A stretch of 64,000 nt of DNA from Nageia nagi (taxonomy: Eukaryota > Plantae > Pinophyta). Where the stretch lies: contig JBITNC010000001.1 of NCBI GenBank assembly GCA_050084985.1, positions 20,088,001-20,152,000 of the forward strand, written 5' to 3'. Made by a program: the position numbers and the translations under genes. Under the pieces are notes generated by a model. It was given only the letters and a program-made list of their open reading frames with translations. It did not search any database and was not told the origin of the DNA. Below, piece by piece: positions 1 through 12,999 of the stretch (position 1 is its first letter; every line of letters starts with the position of its first letter).

Positions 1-904
1 AAGTCCCAAAGGGTATCATTATCAAATTTTTCAAGTGGGTGTAAGAGGCCTTTCTTCATTAAGTCCCTCAAAATAATCCTTGGTGGGATTGGAAATATGT
101 AGTTGGTCTCTTCTAAGGAATTAGATCTTTGTGCCTTTAGAGGAGTCTTGGGTTTATCTGCCATATTAACCTAGTTTTCCTCTTTCTTGGCATATGATTT
201 CCTATTGTCTTTGAAAAAATTGTTAAGTGCATATTAATCTCTCCTATAGATAATAAAGCTTTCTCTTTTTGTACTATTTGTTGAACTAGAGTACTAAATC
301 CAATAGCCTTAGCACTAGGAGCATGCAATTGAAGTAGAGGAATAATACATTCATGAAATATGGCACAAATTTCAAATTCATCTAATTTAACTTGAGTATT
401 TTGCCTAACCTTTTTGAAGCATAAGACATACTTCTCTATGGTTTTATTGCTTGCTTGACAAAGTGTACATAATTCCAATATATTGCCTTGTTCTTTAATA
501 TTATGCTTGTATTGACCCATAAATATATGAACTAAACTTTTGAAGGAATCAATAGACTTACCTAGTAGAGAGTAGAAACACTAAGTAAAATCACCTTTCA
601 AATTGATTGGGAAGAATTTAACCACTAACCTCTCATCCAAATCAAGTTTCAATAAGAATTCCTCTTAAAAGCCAATGAGAAGTTACTTGGGTTCTTGTTT
701 GTTGCTTAACATATTGAATTTGGGGGTCTTGTGATCAAGTGCTAGGGGAAAATTATGGATGTCATCTATCAAGGGTGAAACAAAAATGCCCTCATAGTCA
801 TTTATATTAGATGGTGTGGTATGAGATGAACCTCCTAGATTAGTCAAGCTAGAACATGGATTATTGTTCATAGCAATCTTCCTTTGAAAATATAGAATAT
901 TCAT
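1..904 (-). pseudogene. gag: Degenerate Ty3/Gypsy (Ogre/Tat-like) gag, Retrotrans_gag region
   Basis: Minus-strand ORFs 683-904 and 137-520 plus the sequence between them read ..LVVKFFPINLKGDFT*CFYSLLGKSIDSFKSLVHIFMGQYKHNIKEQGNILELCTLCQASNKTIEKYVLCFKKV, matching the gag pattern F..SL.G.A..W...L...SI.SF..L...F..QY. Stops and frameshifts present. Confidence 0.8.
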
Positions 905-1922
905 GTTTAAAGCCTAAAGCATGGCTATAAGTTGATCCATATTAATGTCACTAGCATCCTAAAGATAAAAATATATGGCATTGGCATCTTGACCCTAATA
1001 AAAAGGGTTAGCACGATCTCACCTATAAGGTAAGATAAATTGAGCAGTTAGGTTCACCAAATTTAATATTAAATAATGTGATTAATGTAAATGGGGTTGA
1101 TTAATACAATATTACTCTACTTTATAAATATTGATGCATATATTAGAAATATGGTAATAATAGGAATACAATAGTTATTACTTATATTTTATATTTATTT
1201 TGTCAATCATAAAATGCACAAAAGATAGAGCATACATTCATTGACAAGTTATACCATTGGCATCCTATAATTGGGACATTGTTGACACCATAAGATAAGT
1301 GAAATTACAAGCATGAACAAGAATGTAGTAATGAGCAAATTAGCAAATAATCAAATTATTAATATACATGTGTAAAGTACTATTTTAATCTATAAATCTT
1401 GCTATTTTGATTCTCTCTATCAAATTTGGGGAAATTCATCTTAGTTTTCTTTGGAAGGATGAAGGTTTGAGGCCTCACATATGCAACTGTTGTGCCTTTT
1501 ATTGAGTATTATGCCCTAAAGATTGTTGAAAGCTTGTACCTAGTGTAGTTTGGGATGAGGTTGGTTATTGCAAACATGATTGTTGTAGAGGTATATGAGC
1601 TATTATTTGTACTTGTAATATATTCAAGTTCATATAATGATATTTAGTGCTAAACCCAATAAGCTTCTCTATCAATTCATTGAATTTGCCATTTATTTCT
1701 TGAAAAGTAGATTTTTCACTCCACCAAGGTAAGCTTGGAGTTACTTAGCCTAATGATATATTTTTTTTAGAGTGGGATCTTGAAATATTTGCTTTGCAAG
1801 TATTTGACTATTTTATAGTTGTTATTTTAGGTAATAAATTTAAGGGTTTTGTGAGATTCTAAAAAAAATAGAGTTTCAACTAGAAAAATAGCAATCTCTA
1901 GGGTTCCACTTCAATGCAACCT

Positions 1923-2485
1923 TGTAATATGCAAAAATTTGGGTAGAGTTTTAGTTGCAAAAAGGATAAATTCTAGATTTTTCACTCGATGTGATCATAC
2001 AAAAATGCCCATAGATAGCTAAAATCAAGGTTATGATACCATTTTCTAAGAACCTAGCATTACTAAAAGGGGGTTTTATTTTTGAATACCATACTGAAAT
2101 ATGAAACAACCATAAACTCATAATGCATCAAGTAAAGCAATTGGAATAATATACTCATATTAACAACTAGATAATAGAACATAATAACTTTGTTGATAGA
2201 AAAATGAATCACAAGCTTCTTTGAGGGGGCATCCTCCTTATAACTCAAAAACAAAATTGATTTTTCAAGATACTCTCTTTACCCCTCTTCCAAGTATTTA
2301 TATTCCTCCTACCCTAATTGGTGGTTTACATTCAAAATGGTACTTCACCTTACAAAATATGATGGTTCACATTACAAGCCTATACAAGAAAATAATTAAA
2401 TTAACTAAAATATAAATAAGCCTAAGTAAATGTTAGGATATGGGATCTTATCATCTAGATTTTATTATAATAGCTTTCCTTATCA
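1923..2485 (-). mobile_element. Probable 5' LTR of the minus-strand gag remnant (boundaries tentative)
   Basis: Starts TGTAAT at 1923 just after a degenerate PBS-like segment (gggttccacttcaatgcaac). Has a minus-strand TATA (tatttata, ~2294) and ends near cttatca. No second copy in the window to confirm it. Confidence 0.3.
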
Positions 2486-2742
2486 TATCCCTCAATATAA
2501 TAAATATAATGCTTATGTAGCCATGAGAAGGAATATCTACTCAATAGACTATTTATTTTTATTTACAAAAATTATTTCAATTTTATTCTAATAGACTATT
2601 TCCATTTTGATGTCATAATTTTTCATATTATAGATATTTTTCAATGTTTTATACATCATGTAAACTCATATTTCAATATCTTACAAATAATATGTAAGTT
2701 TTGTATTTCTAATAACTATAAGTACAATATAATGTTCACTTT

Positions 2743-3801
2743 TGGCACACTCGATGGGATATGAGTAAAACCTAGATCATATGGGAGTGAATAGGCAAGA
2801 TAGATGTGTCTAGTAGCCTATCACCATTACTTTGTAACGTTTATAAGATTTCTCAAACCTTATTGGTGACTCTGCTATTATACCATTCATTTTCACAAAC
2901 CTTGGCACCTCTAATTCATAGATTCACTAGAAATAGTGCCAAAAAAAAATTTCAATAGCCTAGATTTCAAGAGTTATCACTTCCTTAAATGATGACTAGG
3001 TGAAATATTTTTTGAACTCTATCTCCATAAATTCCTCTAGGATTGGTTCATTTATCAGTTTCATTTGATTTGATCTAGCAAAATCCTTCACCTAACCCAA
3101 CTAGTTCAAATATGCCTTTGTCTTCCCTTGTAAATTTCCTTGATTGGAATAATAATCATCCATTAGTAGTTCCTTCTAATTCCCCTATTATTCCTCAAGT
3201 AACCTTTAAAGGCTTTCCTAAGTATGATGGATCATGAAAAACACCATATGAGCATTAACAAGATGTATCTCACTTAGCATTAAGTTTTCCCATCATAAAT
3301 GAAACTATCATGAGAAGCTTATTATCACATTATTTTGAAGGAAAAATAGCATAGTAATTTAGGACTTTGACTCCCTAATCAATAAACACATGGGGAGATT
3401 TATTACAAGCTCTAATTAAAAGATTTGTTGAAGATGGTGATGATAGTATTTCTATGAGCCTTATAGCTTCTATAAAAAGACATCCTCATAAGTTTGTAGA
3501 TGATTTAAATATTAAATTTGGGAAAACTTGGAAATCTATTCCAATGAGAATCAAACCAACTAATGATTAAGTCATGGTATACTATAGGAGAGCTTTCTAC
3601 CCAAATCTAAATGTCCTAATTGTCATGTCCAAGGAAACTTTCCCAAAAGTTTATCAAATAGCAAAAATTATCAAACACATGTTGGTTTCCTTCAAAAAAA
3701 TGCAACTAAGATCTATCATTACTTTATTTCATAGTTTAACTCCAAAGCAATATTCTACACTAATCCCTCACCCAAGAGTGAGATACTTGTTCTATTCTTA
3801 G
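2743..3801 (+). pseudogene. gag: PBS plus degenerate gag of a plus-strand Tat-like Gypsy element
   Basis: tggcacactcgatgggat at 2743 resembles the PBS form TGGCACGCCCGGTGGGAC also seen degenerate at 47167 and ~49858. Downstream reads ..LKGFPKYDGS*KTPYEH*QDVSHLALSFPIINETIMRSLLSHYFEGK..INTWGDLLQALIKRF, similar to the gag at 46.2-46.8 kb. Confidence 0.7.
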
Positions 3802-4696
3802 TCTTGGCTATGGATTACTACCTATGCAATGATTCCTAGGTTCATTAGTTTAGTTTATTTTTCATGTTATTTTCATTTCTTATTTAGTATCATAGATTTT
3901 TATCTCTTTTTTATTACTTTTGACTTTTCTTATATATAAGTTGGCCTATAACCTAAAGATTGAGCAAAAACATCCATGAACACATTGTCCCATCACCTTC
4001 TACTCACTCAAGAATCTTTTTGTTATCAAAGTAGTGGAGAAATTGCCGTACCAAACCTGTAGGTTATATTATTTTGATCAACAAGTACAACATTTGATTT
4101 GTTGACAACTAGGAAAACAAATAGGTATGCAAGTTTTTATAAATTGACTGGTTTGGCATAAATACATTAATTAGTTTGGTAGGTATATGAAACTATGTGA
4201 GATGGTTGATTACTTAGAATAATTGGTTATAAATAACTATATGAACATGCTTTATCATAAACCCTACCTATATCTTAAATATTTAGATACATACAAACTA
4301 ACACATTCAACAAAATGTATGTTAAATTTTTTATCCTTTCTAAAATATTTAATAATTTATCATAATACCAAGTATGCATAATAAATACTTAACTTTATAA
4401 AATATATAATAAACCATATAATGGTATAGTAGAATTAATGAAAATAAACAAAAATAGTGGATATAAAATGGATATTATAAAATCAACATAAATAAGTGAA
4501 GGTATATGAAGTTTGAATATAGAACATTACAATTACATGTATAATGTAGCTAAACGACTAGGATAACATAATGAATAATGGTAAAACAAGACCCAAGCTA
4601 AAGCCACCTAAATAATGGAAGAGCATTCTCTAGAAATAAAAATCCTTTATTAGAGAAGTAATTAGTGTGATTTTGGAGCCAAACATTTCCCAAGAT

Positions 4697-7600
4697 ATGG
4701 TAAGCATTACAATCCCAAAAAGCATTATTGAATCATAAGAAGATGGTTTGAAAATATCTTTGTAGGAAGATTCATTAGGGTTCAACCTCCTCTTGAACTT
4801 ATCCAAAATTGGATGTGTAGAAGATGGAGCACTAAGGGTCCTATCTCCCTTATCATCCTAACTCTTTTATCGTGCTCCCTAAAGAATTCCTAATTTTAAA
4901 TTTCAATTTGAGGAAGACCTTTAAAAAGTAATTAAACTAGGGCCTTGGATTTTAGATAAGAAAGGACTAGTTATCAAGAAGTGGGAGAAGATCTTATCTT
5001 TAAAAATAGGAAATTCTAATCTAATTCCCACTTGGGTTTCTTCAATCAAACTTCATCCATGATGTTGGTACCTAAATTTGATTACAATAGCTGCTAAGGC
5101 AATAGGTACATTAGATATAATTAAGTGAGCAACTTGGATAAACATTAAACTCATAGATGGAAAATTTATTGTTAATTTGAATATAACCAAACTACTAATG
5201 TAATGTTTCATCTTATCCCAACTTTATACAAACCCTAAAAAATCAAACTTAATTTGAGCACTCAAATAGTTTTGGAATGGATAAAGGTGATCAACATGAG
5301 CATGTCAATGCTATAAGTTAGTCAGTACCCATGTGGTAGGATTTGGCCAAATCATGATAACATATTTCTAGTGTTCACTTGAATAACCCTCCATCTATTA
5401 GGTTGAATGCCTAACTATGATCCCACCATTACAATCCTCTAACCAATAAACTATGAATGCCAATTTAATCATGATGTTGTGGTTTTCTACTTAGGGATCA
5501 TATCACCTAAGAGAACACTCATATACTAGGTTAGACATCCTCACTCAATGAATAACCCTCCATAATTATAGGTGCAGATAGATTATCCTAAAGTAATCTT
5601 CATATGATTTAGGTTTAACATCATTCCCTTATAGAATATTCATCATACTTATATATGCTTAATTATAGGAGGTTACAAGATATGAATACTAGTAACCCTC
5701 ACCCATTAACTATAGTTTTGTCAACTACTACCCCTATCTGATAACCTATCAAGTTATAGAACACTAGCCTACCCATATCTATTGGATAGGCCCACCATGT
5801 TGTTTGGAATCCACATTTCCATATCTTAGGGATCCATGGATATTAAATTATTATCCTTGAGTGGTTTATTTAGTCTAGTTATTTTACTATCAAAGAGTTA
5901 TAAAAAAGCTTACATAATTCCTTTTTGTCAAAAATAAATAGCAATGAGCTAGTTATAGGTATTTTAGAATTAACAACATATATATTTGCAAGTTCTCTTG
6001 ATAAATATTTCAAAATATTTATCAACTATCACGAAGCATACAATAATCATGTAAACATCATTATTTAAAAATAGTAAATATTGTAAGCATGCATAAAATA
6101 AAAATTAGTTGTAAAGTAATCATCAAGTATGTTATAGTATTCAAAATTGATAGTCCCACATGCATAACTAGACAAAGTGAATCTTACTTTATAAGTACAA
6201 CTTTATGGGAGAATAATAACAAGTCTTGATATAGGTTTCTAAATATGGATACTTCTAGCAAGGGAGTGTCGTGTAGAATAATCCTCAATTAGGGCATAAT
6301 TTTAGATAATAGAATTTTGGTCATTTTCTTATTTCAACATATTATCTATTTCACCATAGACAACATGAAATAAATTTATTCAAAAATCATCATAAACCTA
6401 TCATATCAATATTTTATTGACTTGATTTTTATTGCTTATCCAATAATTATTGCACTAAGTAAGATTCCATTATTTATTAACTTTTTAATACCATCATTAT
6501 TTTCTAGGACTTTACCTTTTTAAGTTTATATTAGTCCCTTAGATGTTTCATAATAATATTTTGGAACCATAGCACACCTTGACTATCTATTGATTGGATC
6601 TTAGGTAATCTATTACCATATCACATATAGATTTGGATTAATATTCATCTATAACTTTTACAATTAATATTCTATTATAATTTTGTATGATAAGATGATC
6701 ATATCTTATGAGATCTCATATATTCTGAGTATATTGTAATCCTATTGATATTATTTCCAAACTATATTTATTTATGAACTTTAGTTCATTTTTACTTTTA
6801 TCTACATTCACAACATACAAATTTACTTAAGGTTTTCACTTCTAACATAGTATATTAATAATTTATCAATACTCTAAATCCATGAATGGTGCTTATTCAA
6901 TCTATCTAAAAAAAAAAAAAAAGATTCTAACTTTGAATACTTTTTAAAGACAATTCATCTCAAGATTGCTTTTTCAAATGATGAAATATGTCATTAATTC
7001 ACTAGATTAGGGATCTATAAATACATCACATTGATTATGACTCGAATCACTAATTAGGATCATACCTAGGCATTTTTCATATCTTAACATATATGAATCA
7101 TAGACCTTACATAACATCTTACAATAGTTAATATCCCTTCATACTTGGGTATCAATTTAGGGTTTTCTTTTATTAACTATGAAATTTATGCATATGATAT
7201 TCATATCCATCTTTGATGAACCTCCAACAACTTTTTCTAGCCATGAGCATGTATCAAACCAAGAGAACTAATACTTTATGGTGTTGAGTACTAGGGATCA
7301 ATTAGAGTTCAATGAGGATTAGGATACAAATTTTATTTTATGAAATGCATATTACCCCTAGATGCACATTCCATCAAAACACTTTCATATTCAACAATTT
7401 TTCTTCCATACCATACAATCTTGAAGAGAATTCTCCATTCTTGATCTCGAGAGGATTTATGTATCATTCTAGGACTACCTTTGTTCCTTGATCATGGATT
7501 CATATTTAATGAAACTAAAAATACTTTTAAATCACTACTCTTCAAACAATCGTAAACTAAACAAAATTCAAATAAATCATTCCAAACTATTTTGATCCAA

Positions 7601-8242
7601 AAAATGGTAATCAATACTCTGTTTGTGATCTTAAGAGGATTTAGGTCTTATTTAAAAACTAACTCTCTTCCTCAATCTTGAAGTATTTTAACAATATCAC
7701 ATACAAATATTGAAACTTTGTCTCATTTAAAATAAAATAAATTTTTTTCACCATTTTTTCTAATTAATCATCTCTCACAATACATTAATGATTCCATAAA
7801 ATATTATGGATTATATCCAGCACTTTATTAAAAAAAAATCAAGCTATATAGTACTTTACCAATTTCAAATATAAAATTATGATGAAGGTTAGATTGGTAA
7901 TTAAAATCCACTATATGGTACTAATAAAATGACATTCTCATAGTCAATTAAGTGGTAAAAAAATATACCATAGTTTATTCCAAACAAGAAATAAATACCA
8001 AATCAAAATTAGAATTAAATGCATTCACATTAAAACTAATCTTAAATTATACCTCTTTGAATTGTGTGAAAAGTGGGATTAGAATTTGATTTTGAGAAAC
8101 TAAATTATTATATTAAATATCATTTTACTGACAACTTGATGTCCTTAAGAATCTCTATAAAGTTTAACAAGGTTGAGACTAAAAATTTATTAAATCTATG
8201 TTATCCATAAAAGAATGATTGACCAGTTATGAGATGACTTAC
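4697..8242 (+). mobile_element. LINE (L1-type) ORF1 remnant (DUF4283 plus zinc-knuckle region), split by a solo LTR at 5199-8034
   Basis: 4740-5198 reads RWFENIFVGRFIRVQPPLELIQNWMCRRWSTKG..KVIKLGPWILDKKGLVIKKW..LIPTWV..IAAKAIGTL..KFIVNLNITKL (DUF4283 motifs). After the insertion, ~8074-8140 reads W-D-*-N-L-(D)FEKLNYYIKYHFTDNL, the expected W.Q.LDYE...C..C...GH continuation in decayed form. Confidence 0.75.
5199..8034. mobile_element. Solo LTR (~2.84 kb), TGTAATG...CATTA(C>A)A termini, 5-bp TSD ACTAA
   Basis: ACTAA at 5194-5198 and 8035-8039 flanks inverted termini tgtaatg / cattaaa. The host LINE reading continues across the junction. Confidence 0.8.
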
Positions 8243-10550
8243 TGTAGTGCTTCACCTATTCTTGACTTCATAAAACCATAAAATTTTAGACCTATTTTTA
8301 TTTTCTATTTAATTTAAATACTTGAATGGTATAGAAATGGATAAGGCAATCCACATGAATATGTCAATGCTACTAGGTAGTCAACACCCACATGGCAAGA
8401 TTGGTCAAATACAAATTAAGCAACCCTAATAAGAAACCTTTTGGTGTTCACTTCTCAAAGCTCATCCTATTGGAAGATGCAACATAGGTGACCCCCACCA
8501 ATTTTTTCATTAACTATGCAACATACATTCTAGTCATGACATTATGGTTTTCTACTTAGGGTCGTTATCACCCAAGATAATGCTCATCTATAAGGTTATG
8601 AATCTTTCCTTGATGGTAACCATCCAATTGATAGGTACAAATAGATTGACCTAGGAAATCCTTAATATGAAACAATTAAGCATCATCACCTAGTTATTGT
8701 AGTTTTATCAACTACTACTCTCATTTGACAACCTATTGAGGGTATGAGGCACTAGCCTTCCCATATCTATCGACTAATCTCACCATGATGTTCAACATCC
8801 CCATGCCCATATCTTAGGGAGCCATGGATAATAGAATAATATCCTCAAGTGGTTTGTATAGTCTAATAAATTTTTAAGCTTGAATAATATCTTATGGAGC
8901 CATTCCATACTAATGTTCCTATGAATAATTGATCCTAGACCAATTATTAGTTTTCTAGATTTTATGCTTGAATCAAGCAATAGGATGTTCTTACAATATA
9001 GTAAATTGCAAACAAACTACTTTTCATAATATGTTTTATAAACAAAAGAAATAAATTTCTTAAAAATGCATAAGTTTCAAACAAATTTATTCATGAAGCC
9101 ATAAAAGAATATTCAACAATACTTTAATATAAATATCCCATATACATAATGCAGTATAGAGAATATTACTTTATAAGTACATCATATGCTACAAAATAAT
9201 AATAAGCTCTAAGATGCTTATAAAAGAGGCTACTTCGAGAAAGGGAGTGTAGCATAGAGTATAACATACTCAGGGAATATATTTTGGTTTTCATCTAGCA
9301 AACCTACGATAGCAAGGGTTTGACTAATTTTTCTTTCTATATCAGTATCTTAATCATTTTTCAACCCATAGTTTTAGTTTGTTTGTATACTTATCATTTC
9401 TTTTAACCAACTTTGTTTATTAGTCTAAGGTATCATTTAACTTTTATTTTCCTTCTAGGGTTTCAATTTATTGATTAGGTTTCTTTGTAGGATCACATAA
9501 ACACTAATATTTTATTTAAGATTGAGCTATCTTCCAAAAAATTACCATTCTATTCAAATCACTCCAAATTTATGTAGGTAACTAATACCTTTGTCACTTT
9601 GACATTTCATGAATGTCTATTTACTCAAACATAATACCACCATTGCATAATCATTTCCCTTAAATCCTTATATTTATTATCACTAGGAAGATTCTCTTTC
9701 AATATTAAACTATCCATGTTCCATAATATGGTTCCTTAATTCTTAATAGTCATATTATAATTTATTCTAATATTTAGTGTGCATTAACAACCTTTGAGCA
9801 CATTAGGATTTTTGTATCATTTTTTTATTTATCCTTTCAACATATCATTTATTTCAAAATAGTCTTATAAATTTACTAAATCCACTTGTAATCATAAACA
9901 TTGGATGAGATAAAACATACTTAGTTCTTGACTTATCATAAATATATTACAAGCATATCATGGATATAAGGACTATCTACCTTGGTGCATAAATTAGTAC
10001 ATATTTACATTTATTTTCATGTGATTACATAACAATGGGTAGTGGCATGTATCATGATGATAGTAATCCAATGAGACTAATTGTAACGGTAATAGTATAC
10101 ATAAAGTGTTCCATATAACTCCATATGGTATATATATAGTTCATTATCAACTGGAATTACAATTTTAAATCCATGTACAAATACAATATAAAAGGTCTTC
10201 AAATAATCCTTATCCATATAACACATCTTAATGGCATCTACATCTTGATCATTCATCACAAGGATCCAAGATTCATTGGATATAGGTAGTAGGAAAGGTT
10301 TTAAACTTAAATAAAAATTAGGAAAAATTGGTCCAAAATGCATCCTACCCTTGATGCATCACATTTCATTCAATATTTCACATTCAATCAAGAATGTATC
10401 ATATATTTAAACAATACTTTATTCTTTGATCTTAGAAGGTTTTATGCTCTCACTAGAACTACCTCCTTTCCTTCATCATAGAGTATATGTTTTTCCACTT
10501 CGTTTAACCATATTATCGATAATATCAATTATAAATCATTTCAAAAAATA
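8243..10550. mobile_element. Second, truncated LTR of the same family as 5199-8034
   Basis: Starts TGTAGTG and is collinear with 5199-7590 (e.g. catgtcaatgcta..gtcagtaccc, ggttttctacttaggg, catatcttaggga.ccatggata, ttactttataagtaca, ttgatct.agaaggt). Right end not resolved. Confidence 0.7.
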
Positions 10551-11724
10551 CTATCCATAATACATTATACATTCATCAAGAACGAATCCAATAGTAAAAT
10601 TAGACCAAACCCAATATTAAATCATAATGAAAATAACTTATTTCTGATATTTATGCTGTACATCAACTACTTTCCAATCAATAAATTATACTAATTTAAA
10701 AATAATCTTCATATCAGTATTTAATCTTTTCTTACTACTAAAGCTATCCACAAGTTTTAAAATTTGAATTTAACTTTCATTCTCATAATGCATATAGTTT
10801 TCAATCTTGTTATTAAAATACCTGCTTATGAATTATAATCAGATTTGAAGCTTGAAAGAGGGGCGTATATGCTTAAAAATTATAATAGAGTTTCGAAATA
10901 CGAGTGTAGGAACTCTTACTTATAGCATACCTCATTTACTTTTTACCATCGGACCTTAAATGGGCTCTATAGTTGGAGACTACGCTTTGATATACTGACT
11001 CAAACCTGTATTACTTCCATTCATAAAGCTTCTGTAATTGACGTAGGGGATTCAGTTAAAAGAAGATGCTAGTTGAGAAAATGAACCATGAGAATATATT
11101 ATAGTCTCACACTAAATGAGTTATCACTGATTTATATGATTCCACTAAACAGAACGATGTCAATATTTGGCTCATCATTTTTTTTTAAATGAAAAACTCG
11201 AATTTAAATAACAGATCAGAAGACGCTCAATCTGAATCGAACGATATGTTGTCAAGATAGTATGGGTGTTGTTCTTCAAGGGTTTATTGTCTCCAAAAAA
11301 ATATTTTATTTTTAAATTAGTGGACCTCCATTCAAGAGTAATATGATTTGTAATCGATAGTAAGAAAAAAAAATGATTTGACACTATTAAATGAGTTGCA
11401 AGTTACACGAATCAACGAATCAGAATCTAGGCTTCATAGTTTTTAGTCAATTACATCCTAGAACTCATCCCTTCTGAAATATATGAGTTAGATTTCTACA
11501 AAGTGGCTTCCCATAGAGGCATTTCAAATTAAATAGTCAGAGAACCTGAACTTGCTATTGAACAGAGTATCATTTGACAACTGCAGTACTAGATGCAAAG
11601 GGTAAAAGGGTGTATAACGATCGATGGTGCACTGATGGAAAGATAATATCTAGAAAGTCATTCAACAATACCATCGATAGGTTGTTTATTGGCCATTTTT
11701 TATAAAATTCAATCAACAAAAATT

Positions 11725-12795
11725 AAGTGAAAGCAAGAAGTTGAGTTCACTTAAAGGGGAAGTGGGAGAAAATCGAAAAAGTTAAAATTCAATGCTAGAA
11801 AAATCAGAATTTTGATTTAGGTTCCTTAATAAATATCGAAATCTTGATATTTAAAACTAAAAGATATGTATTTTTGTATCATTAAATATTATAATTCTAA
11901 TATTTATCGTGATCTCGATAAATTAAAATCCTTATATATCAGGATCTTGATATTTGAATCTCTAATTTTGCCTTGATTTTAAGCTCGAAAAAGGCTTGGT
12001 GAGCCAACACTTAGCTTTGGACTTGCAAGTATGTGTTCATAGAAATGTAATGAAAAAATATCAACTTCATTTTTGCATCTAATGGAATTTTTGGTAGAAT
12101 ATTTTCATGAAATTAAAACCCATTATAGATTAAAGAGCGTAGATTTCAAATATGCAATTTTTTTACAATTGGATAAGATTTTATATTTTTCTATTATTTT
12201 TTAGTCAAAGTTGTCCATATACTTGAAATATGATGATATCTTATTTTCTTAATAACTTTTTATTTTTTAGGAGTTATGAAAAAACATTATATAGGGACAA
12301 GCTTCAAAGAATTCCCTATAAGATAAAAAAAAATGAAAAAAGTTCAATATTAGGTCAAATTATGTGTGATAGACATGAGAACATTTCGAAAAAAAAATGA
12401 CCAACAAAAAAAATATTCATAAAAAAGTCATGGATATATCTAGGACAAGCTTCAATATCTTCGGTGTCTATTCCTAAAAGGATTTTAAAAAATACCTTGA
12501 TCTTAGTCAAATTATGTGTGACAGACACGTGCATGGTATGGTCCAAAAATGATTTTTTTTAAAAAGAGATTTTTGGTCATCCTATAGAATTTTAAATTCT
12601 ATGATCTTGATATTGAAATCAATTATATATTTGAAGACTAGACTTTAAGCACTACATTTTCATCTTAGTGAACTTTTTCATGATTCTTTATTTAAATGCT
12701 TCAAGTTTTGAGATCAATTATGCCTAAAATTGAAAATCAAGGAAAACACTTCCACTTTTTGATCTTAAAGTGAACCCAACTTTTTGCACCCACCC
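11725..12795. mobile_element. Non-autonomous DNA transposon (MITE-like, possibly PIF/Harbinger-type), ~1.07 kb
   Basis: Imperfect ~32-bp terminal inverted repeats: left aagtgaaagcaagaagttgagttcacttaaag versus reverse complement of the right end gggtgggtgcaaaaagttgggttcactttaag (mostly G>A differences). Internal subrepeats (atcttgatatt, ggacaagcttcaa, gtcaaattatgtgtga). No coding capacity and TSD not clean. Confidence 0.65.
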
Positions 12796-12999
12796 AATCA
12801 TCCATTATTACTCTCATGGCCTTCATGACAATTTGAATGCCACTATGACTATCTTCCCTCAACACGTTTTAAGATAAGTTACAATGTCTTGAGGAAGATC
12901 ATATCAAAGAAAAGGGGGAGGGGGTAGCTAGGGACATTTTATATAGTTTCAAATTTGGGTACACGAGGAAAGGAGTTTTGCCTATTGAAAAGACTAGTC

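Noticed and set aside
5199-10550. Single LTR element (TRIM/LARD) formed by the two direct repeats
   Set aside because: Copy 1 has its own TSD, the spacer is LINE coding sequence, and no PBS or PPT lies between the copies.
10850-11720. snRNA, miRNA or organellar gene in the CpG island
   Set aside because: No match by eye to U1-U6, U3, conserved miRNA families or familiar organellar genes. A database search is needed to exclude them fully.
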